Virus record (IMG/VR): IMGVR_UViG_3300032233_002657
Span: 1-64,000 of that record
Strand: one strand, 5' to 3'
From: a virus
Lineage: Duplodnaviria > Caudoviricetes
Length of the DNA stretch: 64,000 nt
Part shown: positions 9,802 to 21,200 of the stretch, in pieces
How positions within the stretch are numbered: position 1 is the first letter of the stretch
How the letters are laid out: each line of letters begins with the position of its first letter
Program-made: the position numbers and the translations under genes
The notes under the pieces: model-generated
Databases searched by the model: none
The model's input: the letters and a program-made list of their open reading frames with translations, nothing else
Told to the model about the DNA's origin: nothing

Positions 9802-10992
9802 TTAGCTTTCAGAACTAATGTCTGGTAAAGCTATCTTGTTAAAAAATATACCCCAAGCTACACGCTCAAACCTGTCTGTTGTATTATAATACAACGTCCG
9901 CTGGCTGAGACTTTCTTGCATTATCGCATTCACTAAATCCATAGCAGACTTTTTAGGCCAAGTAGTAGACCTCTCAAGCATGGCAAAGTTATTGATCTTT
10001 GGTTCCTCACCAGTGAGGACCATAGCTAGACACCTTTTTGCCATAAAATAAGTGAGGCCCGCCCTCTCAGTTAAAAACTCTATGAATTCTTTAAACCTCT
10101 TCTCGTCTCCCTCGTTACCTGAAAACCCTAAGGATAGTCTAGAAGAGTTTTCTATTCTTTTAGCCAATCCAGAAGAAGATAAGGATTGATGAGAGATTTT
10201 GTCAACCGTGCTGGATATAAGCCTGGAAAGCTTATCCATCAGGTCTTTGCCCGAATGAGATACTCTGCTGAGTTTGCCATATGACGACATCATGGTGCTG
10301 CCGTTTTCACACATCACCACCACTGCTGCCTTTATAGCCGAGTCACCTATCTCGCTGTTCACTAGCCTTATACCAGGGCGTAAAGGAGAATCATCGTGCC
10401 CATCAGCTGAATACATTATTGATATTTTACGACCTGACACCGAAGCAGAATGAAAAGTAAGAGGGACCTCACAAGACTCTAGAGTGGTAGCCACAGCTGA
10501 TACGAAATCACCGTTAGGTAACCTTCTGTACCTATTGCCAACCACAGCTTCTATGACTTTGGTGTCCGAGTTTCGTATAGCTTGAAACCCGAACAGTCTA
10601 CCAAACCTTTTCTTCAACGCTAAATTGTATAAAGAAGCAGCTTCGCCTACTGAGAAATCCTCATCAGGGTCGGCTACAGATTTGTAAGACTTATCTAAGT
10701 CCTCTGGCTCTCGCTTCATGCCGAGCAGGTCTAATAAAGATAAAGACAGGCCTGAAGATAGCACCTTACAGACCTGTCTCATAGCCAGCCATGAAACTCT
10801 ATCGCCACCAACTGTAGTGCCCTTGCGCGATAGGGCCAACTGAGACTCGTCATCTATAAACCAGGACTCAGTTGTCCTTTCGCACTCAGCCAAAACATCA
10901 ACAAGTTTTGGGTAGTCACCCTTGTTAAACAACGAGCCCTGTAAGGAGACCGCAAGGTTGTTAGGCTCGTTGTTAGGTGGATTAGTGCGCAT
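9802..10992 (-). CDS. DUF932-like phage protein
   Basis: AVVGNRYRRLPN and GIRLVNSEIG motifs. Confidence 0.5.
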   Translation of the reverse strand: MRTNPPNNEPNNLAVSLQGSLFNKGDYPKLVDVLAECERTTESWFIDDESQLALSRKGTTVGGDRVSWLAMRQVCKVLSSGLSLSLLDLLGMKREPEDLDKSYKSVADPDEDFSVGEAASLYNLALKKRFGRLFGFQAIRNSDTKVIEAVVGNRYRRLPNGDFVSAVATTLESCEVPLTFHSASVSGRKISIMYSADGHDDSPLRPGIRLVNSEIGDSAIKAAVVVMCENGSTMMSSYGKLSRVSHSGKDLMDKLSRLISSTVDKISHQSLSSSGLAKRIENSSRLSLGFSGNEGDEKRFKEFIEFLTERAGLTYFMAKRCLAMVLTGEEPKINNFAMLERSTTWPKKSAMDLVNAIMQESLSQRTLYYNTTDRFERVAWGIFFNKIALPDISSES

Positions 10993-10998
10993 AGCTGG

Positions 10999-11352
10999 TT
11001 ACTTTCCATCAGACCAAGAAAAATAAACAGTCTTAGAACAGAATCCATGCTTATCTACGTCGTTACTAAGCCTTACCGTCATGTTAACCTCGGAAGGGTT
11101 AACTTGACTAATCATGGATTTAGCTGCAGCATTTACCGCTTCGGATAAGTTATCAATTGTAGGGTTAGAGTCTACGAGCATTTTAAACCAGTCCCTATCC
11201 TTACCCTCATCGGTGTTAGCCTTATCGCAACTTGGGAAATACTGCATAGTTACATCTAGGTACTTTGAAGAAGCACCTTCCTCTACGGCTGCACTGTCTA
11301 AAGCTACAGTCCTATGCATCTCTACGGCTAACTTACTTAACTTGCTAGACAT
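10999..11352 (-). CDS. hypothetical protein
   Basis: ORF track, RBS AAAGGA. Confidence 0.65.
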   Translation of the reverse strand: MSSKLSKLAVEMHRTVALDSAAVEEGASSKYLDVTMQYFPSCDKANTDEGKDRDWFKMLVDSNPTIDNLSEAVNAAAKSMISQVNPSEVNMTVRLSNDVDKHGFCSKTVYFSWSDGK

Positions 11353-11364
11353 GAAAAATCCTTT

Positions 11365-11928
11365 CTAATTAGTCCACGTGATCGAATCAAGAAGCTGCTC
11401 GAACGGTTCGATCACGAAGCTTTCTCCGTTCTTTAAAGACTTGTAAATCTTTAAGCAGTCATCATCTTTAGCGGCGGCAACGCTGTACCAAGAACCGCCA
11501 AATTTTTTAGAGTCTAGGTTGTGCATGCAGCACATCTTCCATTTGGGCCACTGGAATACAACTGCCATAGGCTTAGCCGCAGCATCCTTTGATCCCTTTA
11601 ACTGAAGTAAGTTTTCTTCTTCTACCCATCCTTGATACAACTCTGTCTTCTTAAAGCCTGTGTAAAGCCCAGCCCACATGTCGCGTATCCAAGGAATATT
11701 CTTGTATACCATGTGGATTGGGAAGCTAGGGTGCTCTTCAGAGAACCACTCTAAAGTTACCTTTACGCTTCCTGTCTGGGCCTTACACTTACGCTTCAAA
11801 TCAGGGAAAGTACCTGCTACAGGGAACTTATTAACCAGCTGCCTTAAAGCCGATTCTACAGAAGAGTGTTCGGTATCAATACCGGAAACCCTATCTTTAA
11901 AGAACTCTTCCCTGCTAGTCATACTCAC
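11365..11928 (-). CDS. hypothetical protein
   Basis: ORF track. Confidence 0.65.
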   Translation of the reverse strand: MSMTSREEFFKDRVSGIDTEHSSVESALRQLVNKFPVAGTFPDLKRKCKAQTGSVKVTLEWFSEEHPSFPIHMVYKNIPWIRDMWAGLYTGFKKTELYQGWVEEENLLQLKGSKDAAAKPMAVVFQWPKWKMCCMHNLDSKKFGGSWYSVAAAKDDDCLKIYKSLKNGESFVIEPFEQLLDSITWTN

Positions 11929-11931
11929 TCC

Positions 11932-13155
11932 TTACTTAATTTCATCTTCCAGTTCACCAGCTTCGCACGCTTCCTTCATTTGCACTGAGTAAGGAACGCC
12001 AGCCCTGAAAGGACGACGTTTTCTTATACCGTGAATGTTATCAAGCTCGGCTTTGATTACTTCGTTCTCTTCGATAGCTGCTCCTATCTCGGACCACGTA
12101 GCTTTAATCATGCCTAGCTCACCACAGTCAGCGGTGCGCTGCGCCTTGTTGATGTTACGAAGCCCAGTTACTTCTAAGACCCTGTTCTTACGGGTGCTGG
12201 TCATTTCGTTTATCAAGGCAATACTGGCTTCATGCCAATCCCACCAAGTGTGCTGCTCACCGGCCTCATTGAATATCCACTTCATAGGGACATCAATTGA
12301 CCTGCGCTCAGGTGCAGTGCCAAGACTATTCTTGTCCATAGTGAACTCGATAAGTCGGCCCGCTTCATCAAGGCGGTCAATGTCGTTACGTCGGTGCATA
12401 CGTAGTTTAAAGGTTGCATAGTAATCTAAAGCCTGACCTCCAGGTATTTTGCGCTCTATGAAGCCCTGAGGGTTTTTACTTATCTTCATATGATTGACTC
12501 CGATGAAGCTATAGGGCCATACCCTTAGTTCACTGAAGACAAACTTACAATAAGTGTTGATGATATTAGCAGCCTTGGCAAAGCCTATAGAAGCAAAACC
12601 CTTAGACCATATATCATCGATGTCCCCTCTAGTGGTTACGCCCGTTAAGGAGTCTACACCTATGGCAGCTGGAAAAGGGCAAGACCCGGACTCAGAGAAC
12701 ATGTCTCGGCTTTTCTTAAGCCACTCAGTTATGTTCTGCTGCCAGTCTTCTATACTGTTACATGTGACTGTAGGAAAAGTGGTATCAGACGCGTGGCCTA
12801 TTATGCTTGCCCGAAGATCGGGGCTGTCTCTAGGTTCAGCTAGATTAAGCACATAGCCACCACCTGCATCAACATGCCAACGAAACATTTCGTAAAGCAT
12901 AGCTGACTTACAGGATTCACTGACTCCATACAACTCAGTCATACGGCTTAAAGGAAAGCAATCGTTTTGAAATAAGTACCTAAGGCTAAATGCCTTCAAG
13001 GGTATACCTATAATCACACGTTGCGATTCTTTGCCTACGAAAGTATCGTTCCTGCCAAGTTCTGCTTGGGAAGAAGATAACTGAGATGAAAAAAAGTCAG
13101 ATGGAGATATCTTTAAGTCTGAGTCCCACTTTTTCTTAGCCATATTACAATGCAC
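11932..13155 (-). CDS. RecA/UvsX-like recombinase with atypical Walker A
   Basis: FPLSRMTELYGVSESCKS, IGVDSL, GVNH, PGGQALDYYA, DKN. Confidence 0.75.
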   Translation of the reverse strand: MHCNMAKKKWDSDLKISPSDFFSSQLSSSQAELGRNDTFVGKESQRVIIGIPLKAFSLRYLFQNDCFPLSRMTELYGVSESCKSAMLYEMFRWHVDAGGGYVLNLAEPRDSPDLRASIIGHASDTTFPTVTCNSIEDWQQNITEWLKKSRDMFSESGSCPFPAAIGVDSLTGVTTRGDIDDIWSKGFASIGFAKAANIINTYCKFVFSELRVWPYSFIGVNHMKISKNPQGFIERKIPGGQALDYYATFKLRMHRRNDIDRLDEAGRLIEFTMDKNSLGTAPERRSIDVPMKWIFNEAGEQHTWWDWHEASIALINEMTSTRKNRVLEVTGLRNINKAQRTADCGELGMIKATWSEIGAAIEENEVIKAELDNIHGIRKRRPFRAGVPYSVQMKEACEAGELEDEIK

Positions 13156-13183
13156 CTTATTCTAACTATATATGTGTATTAAA

Positions 13184-13213
13184 TAGCGCTACTAACATAA
13201 ATTAGTAGCGCTA
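13184..13213. terminator. hairpin, possible terminator
   Basis: TAGCGCTACTAA/TTAGTAGCGCTA 12-bp inverted repeat. Confidence 0.5.
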
Positions 13214-13222
13214 CACTTGCTA

Positions 13223-14578
13223 CTACTTTGGTTCCAAACCGTTCTTAGCACGGTATTCTCTTAGCTTCGCTATAATTGCGTCCTTGTTCTCTGTCATCTC
13301 TGGAGCATTGGTGACTTCATCAATGGCTGCCTTAGTGTCTAGCACAGGAGCTGCTGGCTTGTAGGCAGCAGGAACTGGCGCAGGCACTGGAGCAGGAGCA
13401 TAGACTGGAACAGGAGCTGGAGCATACACAGGTTGAGCCTGAGCTTGGTAAGGCTGAGTAGGCATAGGGTAGGTAGGAAGCACGGGCTGAGCATAACCTG
13501 GGTTAGCCACAGAAGATGCCATAAGACCTACTTGCCTAAGGAACTCGTTACCGTAGCTGACAAAGTCAGCTGGTAAGAATCGCTCGTACCTATCTCTAAG
13601 CGCATGAACAACCAAACCAGCATGCGCTGGGCAGTCTCTAAGACTGTCCACTACATACCGAACCTGTTCCTCGTCTGTAGCAAAGTTAAGCTGCGACCTG
13701 ATAGGCTGAGCTACTCTCTTCGATACTTCCGCTATTTCACTGTCCGAGAAAGATGCAGGCATATTTCTGTATGTCTTGCTGATAAGGCAATCGTACCCAA
13801 TAGGCTTGTTCTTTCCGTTGGAGTATCCAGCAGCAGAAGAGATAGGAGGAGTGTATCCTCTAGGAGTCATTCCTATTTCGTAGAACACGAAATACGCTCC
13901 ATTGCTAACAGATACAACGTCACCGCTAGCATACTTTTCATTTACATCTGGGGTTGATGTAATAGAGCTTGGTACACCTAGCTCTCTGAACAAAGCCTGA
14001 GCTGCAGACTTCTTAAGTACCATAAACACAGTTTGATGAAACGGCGCTAATCCGTCAGCTACAGGTTTAGGAATACCCTTGTATTCATAAATTGCGCAAC
14101 GAATAATAACCGCTCTATCAGGCCTAGACACAGCGGCAGATTTACCCATGCCGCCTTTAATAGCCAAAGCCCACTCTTGTGGACCTCGTACCTTTCCAGT
14201 AGATACTTGCGAAGCTAGGTCGTATACCATAAAAGCCGGATTGCTCCTAATTTCATAGGACTTGTCTTCAGGGTCATACGCTATCCAGCTCTTCTGCGGA
14301 TTGCCGAAGCTGGACACCATAGTACACTCTGAAAACCACTTGCTGTACGCATGCTCTGAGTAGCGAGCAGGTTGAAAGCTGTCGCCTTCGATGCATGGAA
14401 AAGGCCGTATAACAGTGGGATCGCTCTTCGTCCAAGATGGACGCATAACAATACCGGCGCCTGGCTTTAATACGTGGTCTCCTCTGTTAAAGTCAGAGCC
14501 GCTCGACTCAAAGTTAGGAGCACTAATTCCGAAACTAGACATAAAACTTACCTCCAAATAAAAAAATAGAACTGACAC
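13223..14578 (-). CDS. hypothetical protein with Pro/Ala-rich tail; possibly ssDNA-binding (context only)
   Basis: 451-aa ORF (likely start 14542 after GGAGG) directly upstream of the recA-like gene. Confidence 0.6.
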   Translation of the reverse strand: MSVLFFYLEVSFMSSFGISAPNFESSGSDFNRGDHVLKPGAGIVMRPSWTKSDPTVIRPFPCIEGDSFQPARYSEHAYSKWFSECTMVSSFGNPQKSWIAYDPEDKSYEIRSNPAFMVYDLASQVSTGKVRGPQEWALAIKGGMGKSAAVSRPDRAVIIRCAIYEYKGIPKPVADGLAPFHQTVFMVLKKSAAQALFRELGVPSSITSTPDVNEKYASGDVVSVSNGAYFVFYEIGMTPRGYTPPISSAAGYSNGKNKPIGYDCLISKTYRNMPASFSDSEIAEVSKRVAQPIRSQLNFATDEEQVRYVVDSLRDCPAHAGLVVHALRDRYERFLPADFVSYGNEFLRQVGLMASSVANPGYAQPVLPTYPMPTQPYQAQAQPVYAPAPVPVYAPAPVPAPVPAAYKPAAPVLDTKAAIDEVTNAPEMTENKDAIIAKLREYRAKNGLEPK

Positions 14579-14689
14579 AATGCCAGTTCAAGAAATAAGT
14601 TTAATGGTGTTCAGGGTAAACCGAGAAATGTGTTAACAAAGACCATAAGTAAAAATTGAACACAAAGACCCCAATTCATTTTGAACCAT

Positions 14690-15172
14690 TTAACTTTTTG
14701 AAACACTTGAACAGATGCTCTCAGCCAATAGCGTTAACTGGTGGTTAAGATAACTTAAGTCTCCAGTATTACTAAGCACATGAGTGCAGTCAGAGGAAGT
14801 ATAGGTTACGGTTGGGTCAATTTCAATACCAGGTCTGTGAACCCAGATTGCAATTTTTATAAGTCCTTCTGAGAGAGCAGCTTGCAACTCAGAAATATTT
14901 CTTATTCCAACAATAATCTGACCGTACTGGAGTGACCTCTTTATTAATCTTGACTCATCTCCAGCCTTATACTCGTCGAGAATCCTACGCCATTCCATTC
15001 TGTTTATGTGCCTGTTCTCCCAAGCGGTTTGGTCAGGAACACCCAGCTTTTCCGCAACTATGTCCTTATGTAACCAAGACAAGCTACCTGCATATTTAAG
15101 GCCAGTTATCTGGGAGAACATAAACGCAGCTGCGTCTTTACCAGAACGGCTATGGCCACAGAATGCTATCAT
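14690..15172 (-). CDS. P-loop dNMP kinase-like protein
   Basis: N-terminal AFCGHSRSGKD; GIRN..E; LSNTG. Confidence 0.7.
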   Translation of the reverse strand: MIAFCGHSRSGKDAAAFMFSQITGLKYAGSLSWLHKDIVAEKLGVPDQTAWENRHINRMEWRRILDEYKAGDESRLIKRSLQYGQIIVGIRNISELQAALSEGLIKIAIWVHRPGIEIDPTVTYTSSDCTHVLSNTGDLSYLNHQLTLLAESICSSVSKS

Positions 15173-15174
15173 AT

Positions 15175-15765
15175 CTACATGTCCTTATTTATAAGGCAGC
15201 TGCCTACAAAAGATAATCCTTCAGAACCGGAAGTTTTATAAATGTTGCATTCAACCCATAGCTTAGGTTTGGATATATTAGTAAGACCCATCTTTAAAAG
15301 CTCATCCCTATGTTTTGTGCCATCAATTCTAACACTTACAACTAACATACTCCAAGTAGGCCCATTTAAAATTTTAGAACTTAGGTCTACGTGTTTTCCT
15401 AGCTCTATGTACTTTTCTAATGGAATTAGGCTTAATACGTCAGTAATTGGCATCATTTTTATTTCTAACTGAGCGTCTACCTTAGCCCTGAGGAATTCAA
15501 GATCAGTGGAAGCGTCTCCATCGTATTCAGTTATGTTTCTTAGCTCTTCATCATCTTCAGCTACGTCCACAGACGCGTGGATAGGCCTATCAAAAGCAGC
15601 CAGCATCTCTAAAGCTTCCTCCCGAGTGACAGGAGCGCCATCATCAGATGCCTGTACTTCTCCATCCTCTACTCTATGCAAAGCTAAAGAGTTGTGCTCA
15701 TCTCCAGGTTTTCCGCCGTGATCTGATTCGTAGTATTCTATTACAACGTACTTGTGCTCAATCAT
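15175..15765 (-). CDS. hypothetical protein
   Basis: ORF with AGGAG RBS. Confidence 0.7.
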   Translation of the reverse strand: MIEHKYVVIEYYESDHGGKPGDEHNSLALHRVEDGEVQASDDGAPVTREEALEMLAAFDRPIHASVDVAEDDEELRNITEYDGDASTDLEFLRAKVDAQLEIKMMPITDVLSLIPLEKYIELGKHVDLSSKILNGPTWSMLVVSVRIDGTKHRDELLKMGLTNISKPKLWVECNIYKTSGSEGLSFVGSCLINKDM

Positions 15766-15789
15766 ATAATCTCCTTTAATTAATTGGTG

Positions 15790-16059
15790 TTAACGTCTTA
15801 AGTCTTCTCGTTGCTTTCCTACTTCTGAACGTAGTTCTTCTCTTTCTACGTTGTTACTAAGAACTGCAGACTTAGTCCTGTCTAGAATTTCTTTAATGTG
15901 GGCGTTTTTGGGGTCATTAATAAGTTTAAGAAAGCTTTGATAGTTTGGGCACACTAGCCCATTTTTGCTATCCTTTACAACCTGCATAATCATATCAAGA
16001 GCTTTTAAAGAGTCCGTAGCTGCTTTGGCTACAACCTCTTCTTTGTAAAAATCATCCAT
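15790..16059 (-). CDS. hypothetical protein
   Basis: ORF with AGGAG RBS. Confidence 0.6.
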   Translation of the reverse strand: MDDFYKEEVVAKAATDSLKALDMIMQVVKDSKNGLVCPNYQSFLKLINDPKNAHIKEILDRTKSAVLSNNVEREELRSEVGKQREDLRR

Positions 16060-16062
16060 GCG

Positions 16063-16530
16063 TTACTCCTTAAACCAAGTTGGTTTACTGCGCTTTTTCC
16101 AAGAAGCCAAATGGCTTTTGCCTTTAACATAATACAGTCTGTACGCCGCAATAGCGCACTCACTCTTATACTCAAGCGGCATAGCTTGAGCAAAGCTTGT
16201 TAGTGCACCTGCTGGTACACTAGTATATTTTTCATAGCAGCTACGAATGACCTTTTCTGAAGCATGCTCTTTTTCGTACCTATAAGTGTATTCGGAGCAA
16301 AGCTCTACGCCTAGCCTGCATAGCCACTCAAAGTTATCTCTGGTAGCTGCTGCCCATATAGTGCAGGGGTGCTTAAAGAAAGCTGGCTTATACTCCACAT
16401 TACTATTGCCATTTAAAGACAGCGCTGTGCATAGCATTTGCGCTGTCTCCAATGGCATCTTTACTACATGCCTATCTACATGCCATTCAGCTGCTTCCTT
16501 AACGTCTTCAGAAAGCACAAAAATATTCAT
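16063..16530 (-). CDS. pyrimidine-dimer DNA glycosylase/DenV-like family protein
   Basis: MNIFVL, DRHVVKMPLETAQML, HPCTIW, EYTYRY, FAQAMP, AYRLYY. Confidence 0.75.
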   Translation of the reverse strand: MNIFVLSEDVKEAAEWHVDRHVVKMPLETAQMLCTALSLNGNSNVEYKPAFFKHPCTIWAAATRDNFEWLCRLGVELCSEYTYRYEKEHASEKVIRSCYEKYTSVPAGALTSFAQAMPLEYKSECAIAAYRLYYVKGKSHLASWKKRSKPTWFKE

Positions 16531-16549
16531 TTACTTTACACCTATAAAT

Positions 16550-17074
16550 TTATTTACTTTTACCTTTCTCAAAAGCTCTAACTCTATCTGCTATTAAGCT
16601 TATTAAACCAGGTATAAGCTCATCTGCTGATTTTGCACTAAACATAGTTTTGTGAGCATCATAAGAGCCAGTGCCGTAGCGCATATCGTACCCTCCATAT
16701 TCTTTGACTGAAAACATACCGTGGTCTAAGCTTAAAAAAAGAAAGTCATTTCTTACTCTTCCACCATATTTATTAGTATTTAATAAACTAAATGTAACAT
16801 AATGAGCCCAACCACCATCGTTATGTCTGTAGTCGTCATGCACTGAGACAGGCTCTACTACATCTTTAAACTGAATTGCAGCCTCGTTAATAATATTTAT
16901 TAACGGCCAAAACGGCTTTAACAGTTTTGCCTCGAAAGCAATTCGACGTATACGATTTTCTTCTGCTTGCTTTTCTGCTTTATCTTTTTCTTCTTTATTC
17001 CTTGACTCTGCTAACTCTTTTATAAGGTCTGTTGCTGTTTTCATTTTAATTCCTTTTAAAGTTGTTTTGTGCAC
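16550..17074 (-). CDS. hypothetical protein, paralogue 1 of 3 (likely start MKTATDLIKEL)
   Basis: shares N-terminus and DELIP.LIS C-terminus with the next two ORFs. Confidence 0.7.
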   Translation of the reverse strand: MHKTTLKGIKMKTATDLIKELAESRNKEEKDKAEKQAEENRIRRIAFEAKLLKPFWPLINIINEAAIQFKDVVEPVSVHDDYRHNDGGWAHYVTFSLLNTNKYGGRVRNDFLFLSLDHGMFSVKEYGGYDMRYGTGSYDAHKTMFSAKSADELIPGLISLIADRVRAFEKGKSK

Positions 17075-17099
17075 ACTTTATTATGTTTTACTATCTTGA

Positions 17100-17537
17100 T
17101 TAAATTTTACATTTATTAATCGGTAACCCATGAACTATGTCAGTTAATACGCTTATTAAAGCAGGTATTAATTGGTCTACAGCTCTAGCCTCTGCGGCTA
17201 TACATCTACTAGTATCGTACTTATCTTTCCTATACTCAAGACTTACCATTCCATCTTGTTTATTAAAATACATGGTGCCATCGTAGTTGCAGCTCGCATT
17301 TTTTTCTTGATTCTTAAATAAAAAGTATGGCTCTCTTCCATAAAGAATTTGAACTTTACATACATTTTCAGGATACTTATCACTGACTTCAGAAACTATA
17401 TTAATAAGGCCGGCCCAAAAAGATTTTCGCCATTCTACGTCTTTTATTTCGCGTTGTTCGTCATTAAATTTTTTAATATTAATCTGTTCTAATCTGCTAA
17501 CACCTAACTCTTTTATAAGATCTGTTGCTGTTTTCAT
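17100..17537 (-). CDS. hypothetical protein, paralogue 2 of 3
   Basis: MKTATDLIKEL...DQLIPALIS. Confidence 0.7.
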   Translation of the reverse strand: MKTATDLIKELGVSRLEQINIKKFNDEQREIKDVEWRKSFWAGLINIVSEVSDKYPENVCKVQILYGREPYFLFKNQEKNASCNYDGTMYFNKQDGMVSLEYRKDKYDTSRCIAAEARAVDQLIPALISVLTDIVHGLPINKCKI

Positions 17538-17571
17538 TTTAATCTCTTTTGTTTAAATTTTAATTGTTTAG

Positions 17572-18012
17572 TTACCGCCTGCTAATTACCACGTCAGCTA
17601 GTTTACTTATCAAAGCAGGTATTAACTCATCTACTGTATTAGCATCTGCTAGAGGGTGCGTACGGGATCTACTATATTCAGTAGAATCGCTGTATCTAAG
17701 GCTTACTCTTCCGCTTTCTTCAGTAACAAAATGAATATGAAACCTATCATAACGACCATACGTAGAGCGGTCGTTTAATAAGAATGAAAAGTAAGGGTTT
17801 GATGATTCTGGAAACTGTACATTCTCTACGCATATGGGATATTTTCTACTAATTTCAGAAACTATTTTGGTTAAGCTATCCCATTTAGATCTATTACGCT
17901 GTTCTTTTCTAATTTTATTTCGAGCTCTATTATAGGCCGCAGTCTTCATCTCTTCTAATCTGCTGGCGGCTAATTCTTCTACAACTTGTAATGCTGATGT
18001 TCCTCTGATCAT
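17572..18012 (-). CDS. hypothetical protein, paralogue 3 of 3
   Basis: EELAASRLE...DELIPALIS. Confidence 0.7.
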   Translation of the reverse strand: MIRGTSALQVVEELAASRLEEMKTAAYNRARNKIRKEQRNRSKWDSLTKIVSEISRKYPICVENVQFPESSNPYFSFLLNDRSTYGRYDRFHIHFVTEESGRVSLRYSDSTEYSRSRTHPLADANTVDELIPALISKLADVVISRR

Positions 18013-18236
18013 GCTACTTCTCCTTTTGCAGAGCCGTAGACTAAAGCAAGCTGTGCCCGCTCGTCCTCAGTCATGGCATCGTGTATTTTATGCTGTGTTG
18101 AAAGTGGTAAATTAAAAATCTCTCGTAAATCGACTAAACCCTTAAACGGGGAATTAGGGTCAATCGCAACCTTTATAATAGTTAGCCAAGACTCGACACT
18201 ATTTTTTTCCATTTTGTTTCTCTTAATGCTGGGCAA
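18009..18236 (-). CDS. hypothetical protein
   Basis: coupled to neighbours. Confidence 0.55.
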   Translation of the reverse strand: MPSIKRNKMEKNSVESWLTIIKVAIDPNSPFKGLVDLREIFNLPLSTQHKIHDAMTEDERAQLALVYGSAKGEVA

Positions 18237-21200
18237 ACCTCTCGGGTATGCCCATAACCTTGCAGTCCTCCTTGGTAAGCGGTATCGACCACTTAGTAAA
18301 TACCTCCGTTGCTATACCCAAATGAAAAGGACCACAATCTCCAACTCTCATAGCCCCATCTAAGCCACAAGAATACACACTGACTTTATCGCTCATGCAC
18401 ATAGGCAGAACCTTATCTACGACTTCCTCTACGCACTCATAAGGCACCTCTAGAATGACAGCATCATGCACTTGCAGAATGATGTCATATCGTAAATTGG
18501 TCGTGGCCGTTTTACGATGGGTGTGAATATGGTCAAGCGCGCAAGACATTGCATCAGCCACAGCTGACTGAATTGGGAAGTTCATACTCTGTCTTTCGTA
18601 CTCTGCTACAACCGCTCTATCTTTACTCGGAGCAAATCTACGGTATCTTCCAAAACAGTTGCTCATCCAGCCTGGATCAGTAACCCTTGCTTTGCACTCG
18701 TTAAAGTACATTGGAAGTCTTGGGTACATAGCAACTAGCCCGTCTATAAGCTCCTGAGCCTCGTTTACAGATATTATTACTCCCTCTTGCTTAGCCTTAC
18801 GTGCTGTAGACTCAGCGCCTTGCCCGTATGCATACCCAAACACCACAGCCTTAGCAGCAGTGCGCATACCGGCCTTGCCTATATCTTTAAGACCCTTCTT
18901 AGTTGCTGGACATTTTAGCTTAAATGTATTCACAGCAACGTTGCTATGAATGTCATAGTAATCAGGATGGCTCTCTGGCAGGTTAGCTCTACGGACATGA
19001 TCAATCATGTTCTTATCACCTGACTGCCATGCCATAATCGCTAGCTCTGCACCAGTATAGTCAGCCTCTACTAGAACGCACCCAGGCTTTGCGCTTATCA
19101 CAGACCTTAGAGGATAAGTGTAGTTAAGTCCTAAGTCCTTTCCATGAGCTATGAATATAGCCTTATACTTCTCTTCTATGGTCTTGCCTAAGTTCTGCAT
19201 ATTGGGCTTTGACGACGATGCTCTTCCAGTTTCTTTAGTCTGGCTGAACATAGACCTAACTCTTTTGTCTTCATGTATATACGACAACAAGCCTTTGTCA
19301 TATACAACGTCACCTTCAGAATCTACCTTCTCATTGCCGTCATCATCACAGTCAGGAGACCTAAGCACTGTAGTTCTAAGGTAATGCAAAGCTCGTACAT
19401 CCCTTAGCATTTCTACTACCGGATGAGCTTCAGCCAATATGGTTAGGGACTCTCTATCTGCAGAAGCCATATATAAATGTTCTTCTGACTTAGCTACCAG
19501 CTGGGCCCACAGCTTACCTTTAGACCCAGTGCCGGTACTCTTATAGGGCAGAATCTCAAGAGACAAAGCTTCAGCAGGACGCTGCCTAATAGGGTTGCCA
19601 GAAGCATCCCTTCTTCCAGACAGCTTCTCACCAAAGAGCAGCTCTCGCTTATGAAAAGCACTGGAAGGGTTGAAGTCAGGCCAGCCTATGCTTACTCTTA
19701 GCTTTTCAAGAAGGTTACCATAGAGCTTGTCATAAGACTCAGTCAGGCTGTGTACCATGGCTTCGTCTATGAGAATGCCCTTCTGTCTCATCTCTATGAA
19801 AGATGGGTAAGCGCGCATTGATAGCCAGAAAGGAACTCTACAGTTGTTACCATACTTATCCTTATCTAACTTACCGGGCTCTTCCCCTACTCCATTGAAA
19901 TAATCAAACAACCTTCTAGTCACATCGGCGTCATAGCAACCATAAGGCACTATGACATCGTCTGGGCAATCGCCATAGCCGCCTAGCTCGGAGTCCTTTA
20001 TTCCTTTGGCTTTGCAGTAGCTTTTTCTCCATTCAATTATGGGGCCTTCCCATCTTGGCACTCCACAGTACCTAACAGCTTGCTCTTCTAAGTTAAATAT
20101 ATCGGTCTCGTTAACAGAGTGAGCTGCCAATAACGTATCAAAGCCGCCTACATGCTTTGTCTTCTCAAACCCAAACTTGTAACCATCTGCAGAGTCAAAG
20201 ACTAGGTCATCACACGGAGCTTCGAACAAAGTGTGTATGTCTACTCCAAGAGACTGCAGCCAAGGCATATCGGCGGTTAGGTAGTGGCCGACTACTCTTA
20301 TTATTCTTCCATCTGTTGGGTGAAATATAGTGTTCAATATAGCCTTAAGAGCCTCTGGGCCTCCTTCAAAGCAAAACCCTCCTCCGGCTTCATTAACGAT
20401 TATGCTACAGGCTACTCCTGGTTTCCAGGACAGCTGAAGAGTACGAACATATGCTCCCTTCTCTCCAGGCCAAGCTCCCTGCCACTCAAGATCTATTGCT
20501 ATAACCGGAGCCGCTTCCTTCATTATCTCATCCCTGACATATAGCAGCCTTTCGATAGTTCTTACTGAAAAGTGATTTATACCTGTCTCAGTAGATAGGA
20601 ACTCGTCTCCTCTGCATACGGCTGAGAAATGAGCGATAGAAGAATTAAAGCGGTCTATGTGCTCAGGGTACCTAAGTACAAAAGATGGGTTAACGCAAGC
20701 TATAGCTTTAGCTATATGCACACCTCCATCAGCCAGGGGTATAGGCACATCAAATACCTTACCAGAAGCAGTAGAGAGCTTATTGTCTCTTCCGAGTATT
20801 GCTTTCATGGCTTCGTCGCCTGTAAGCAATATAAAGTCAGGCAGAGTAAGCATTAGCTCTAGCTTTAGTATTGGAGCGCAGTTGTTAATCCAAACGGCTT
20901 TGAGATTGCCGCTTGATGGATCTAGCAACTGGTGCTTCACCACATAAGTTAAATAGAAGTCTGGCTTGTTAAAGCCTTCCGAGCTAAGAGCATCCCATAG
21001 CAAATCAGAGCTAAGGCCAAAGTTAACCTTGTTGTATTTGATGTCATAGATAGATGGGCACTTACCTATGATCATATACTTGTATTTTCTAAAAGGCCCG
21101 ACTCTGCAGTTATCCATCCACCCGCACCCAGGTACAAAGTTTGCATTTATTATGTTCCCGTTAAGAGATACAGGCAGAGAGAACCCTTGCTGATAGAGTG

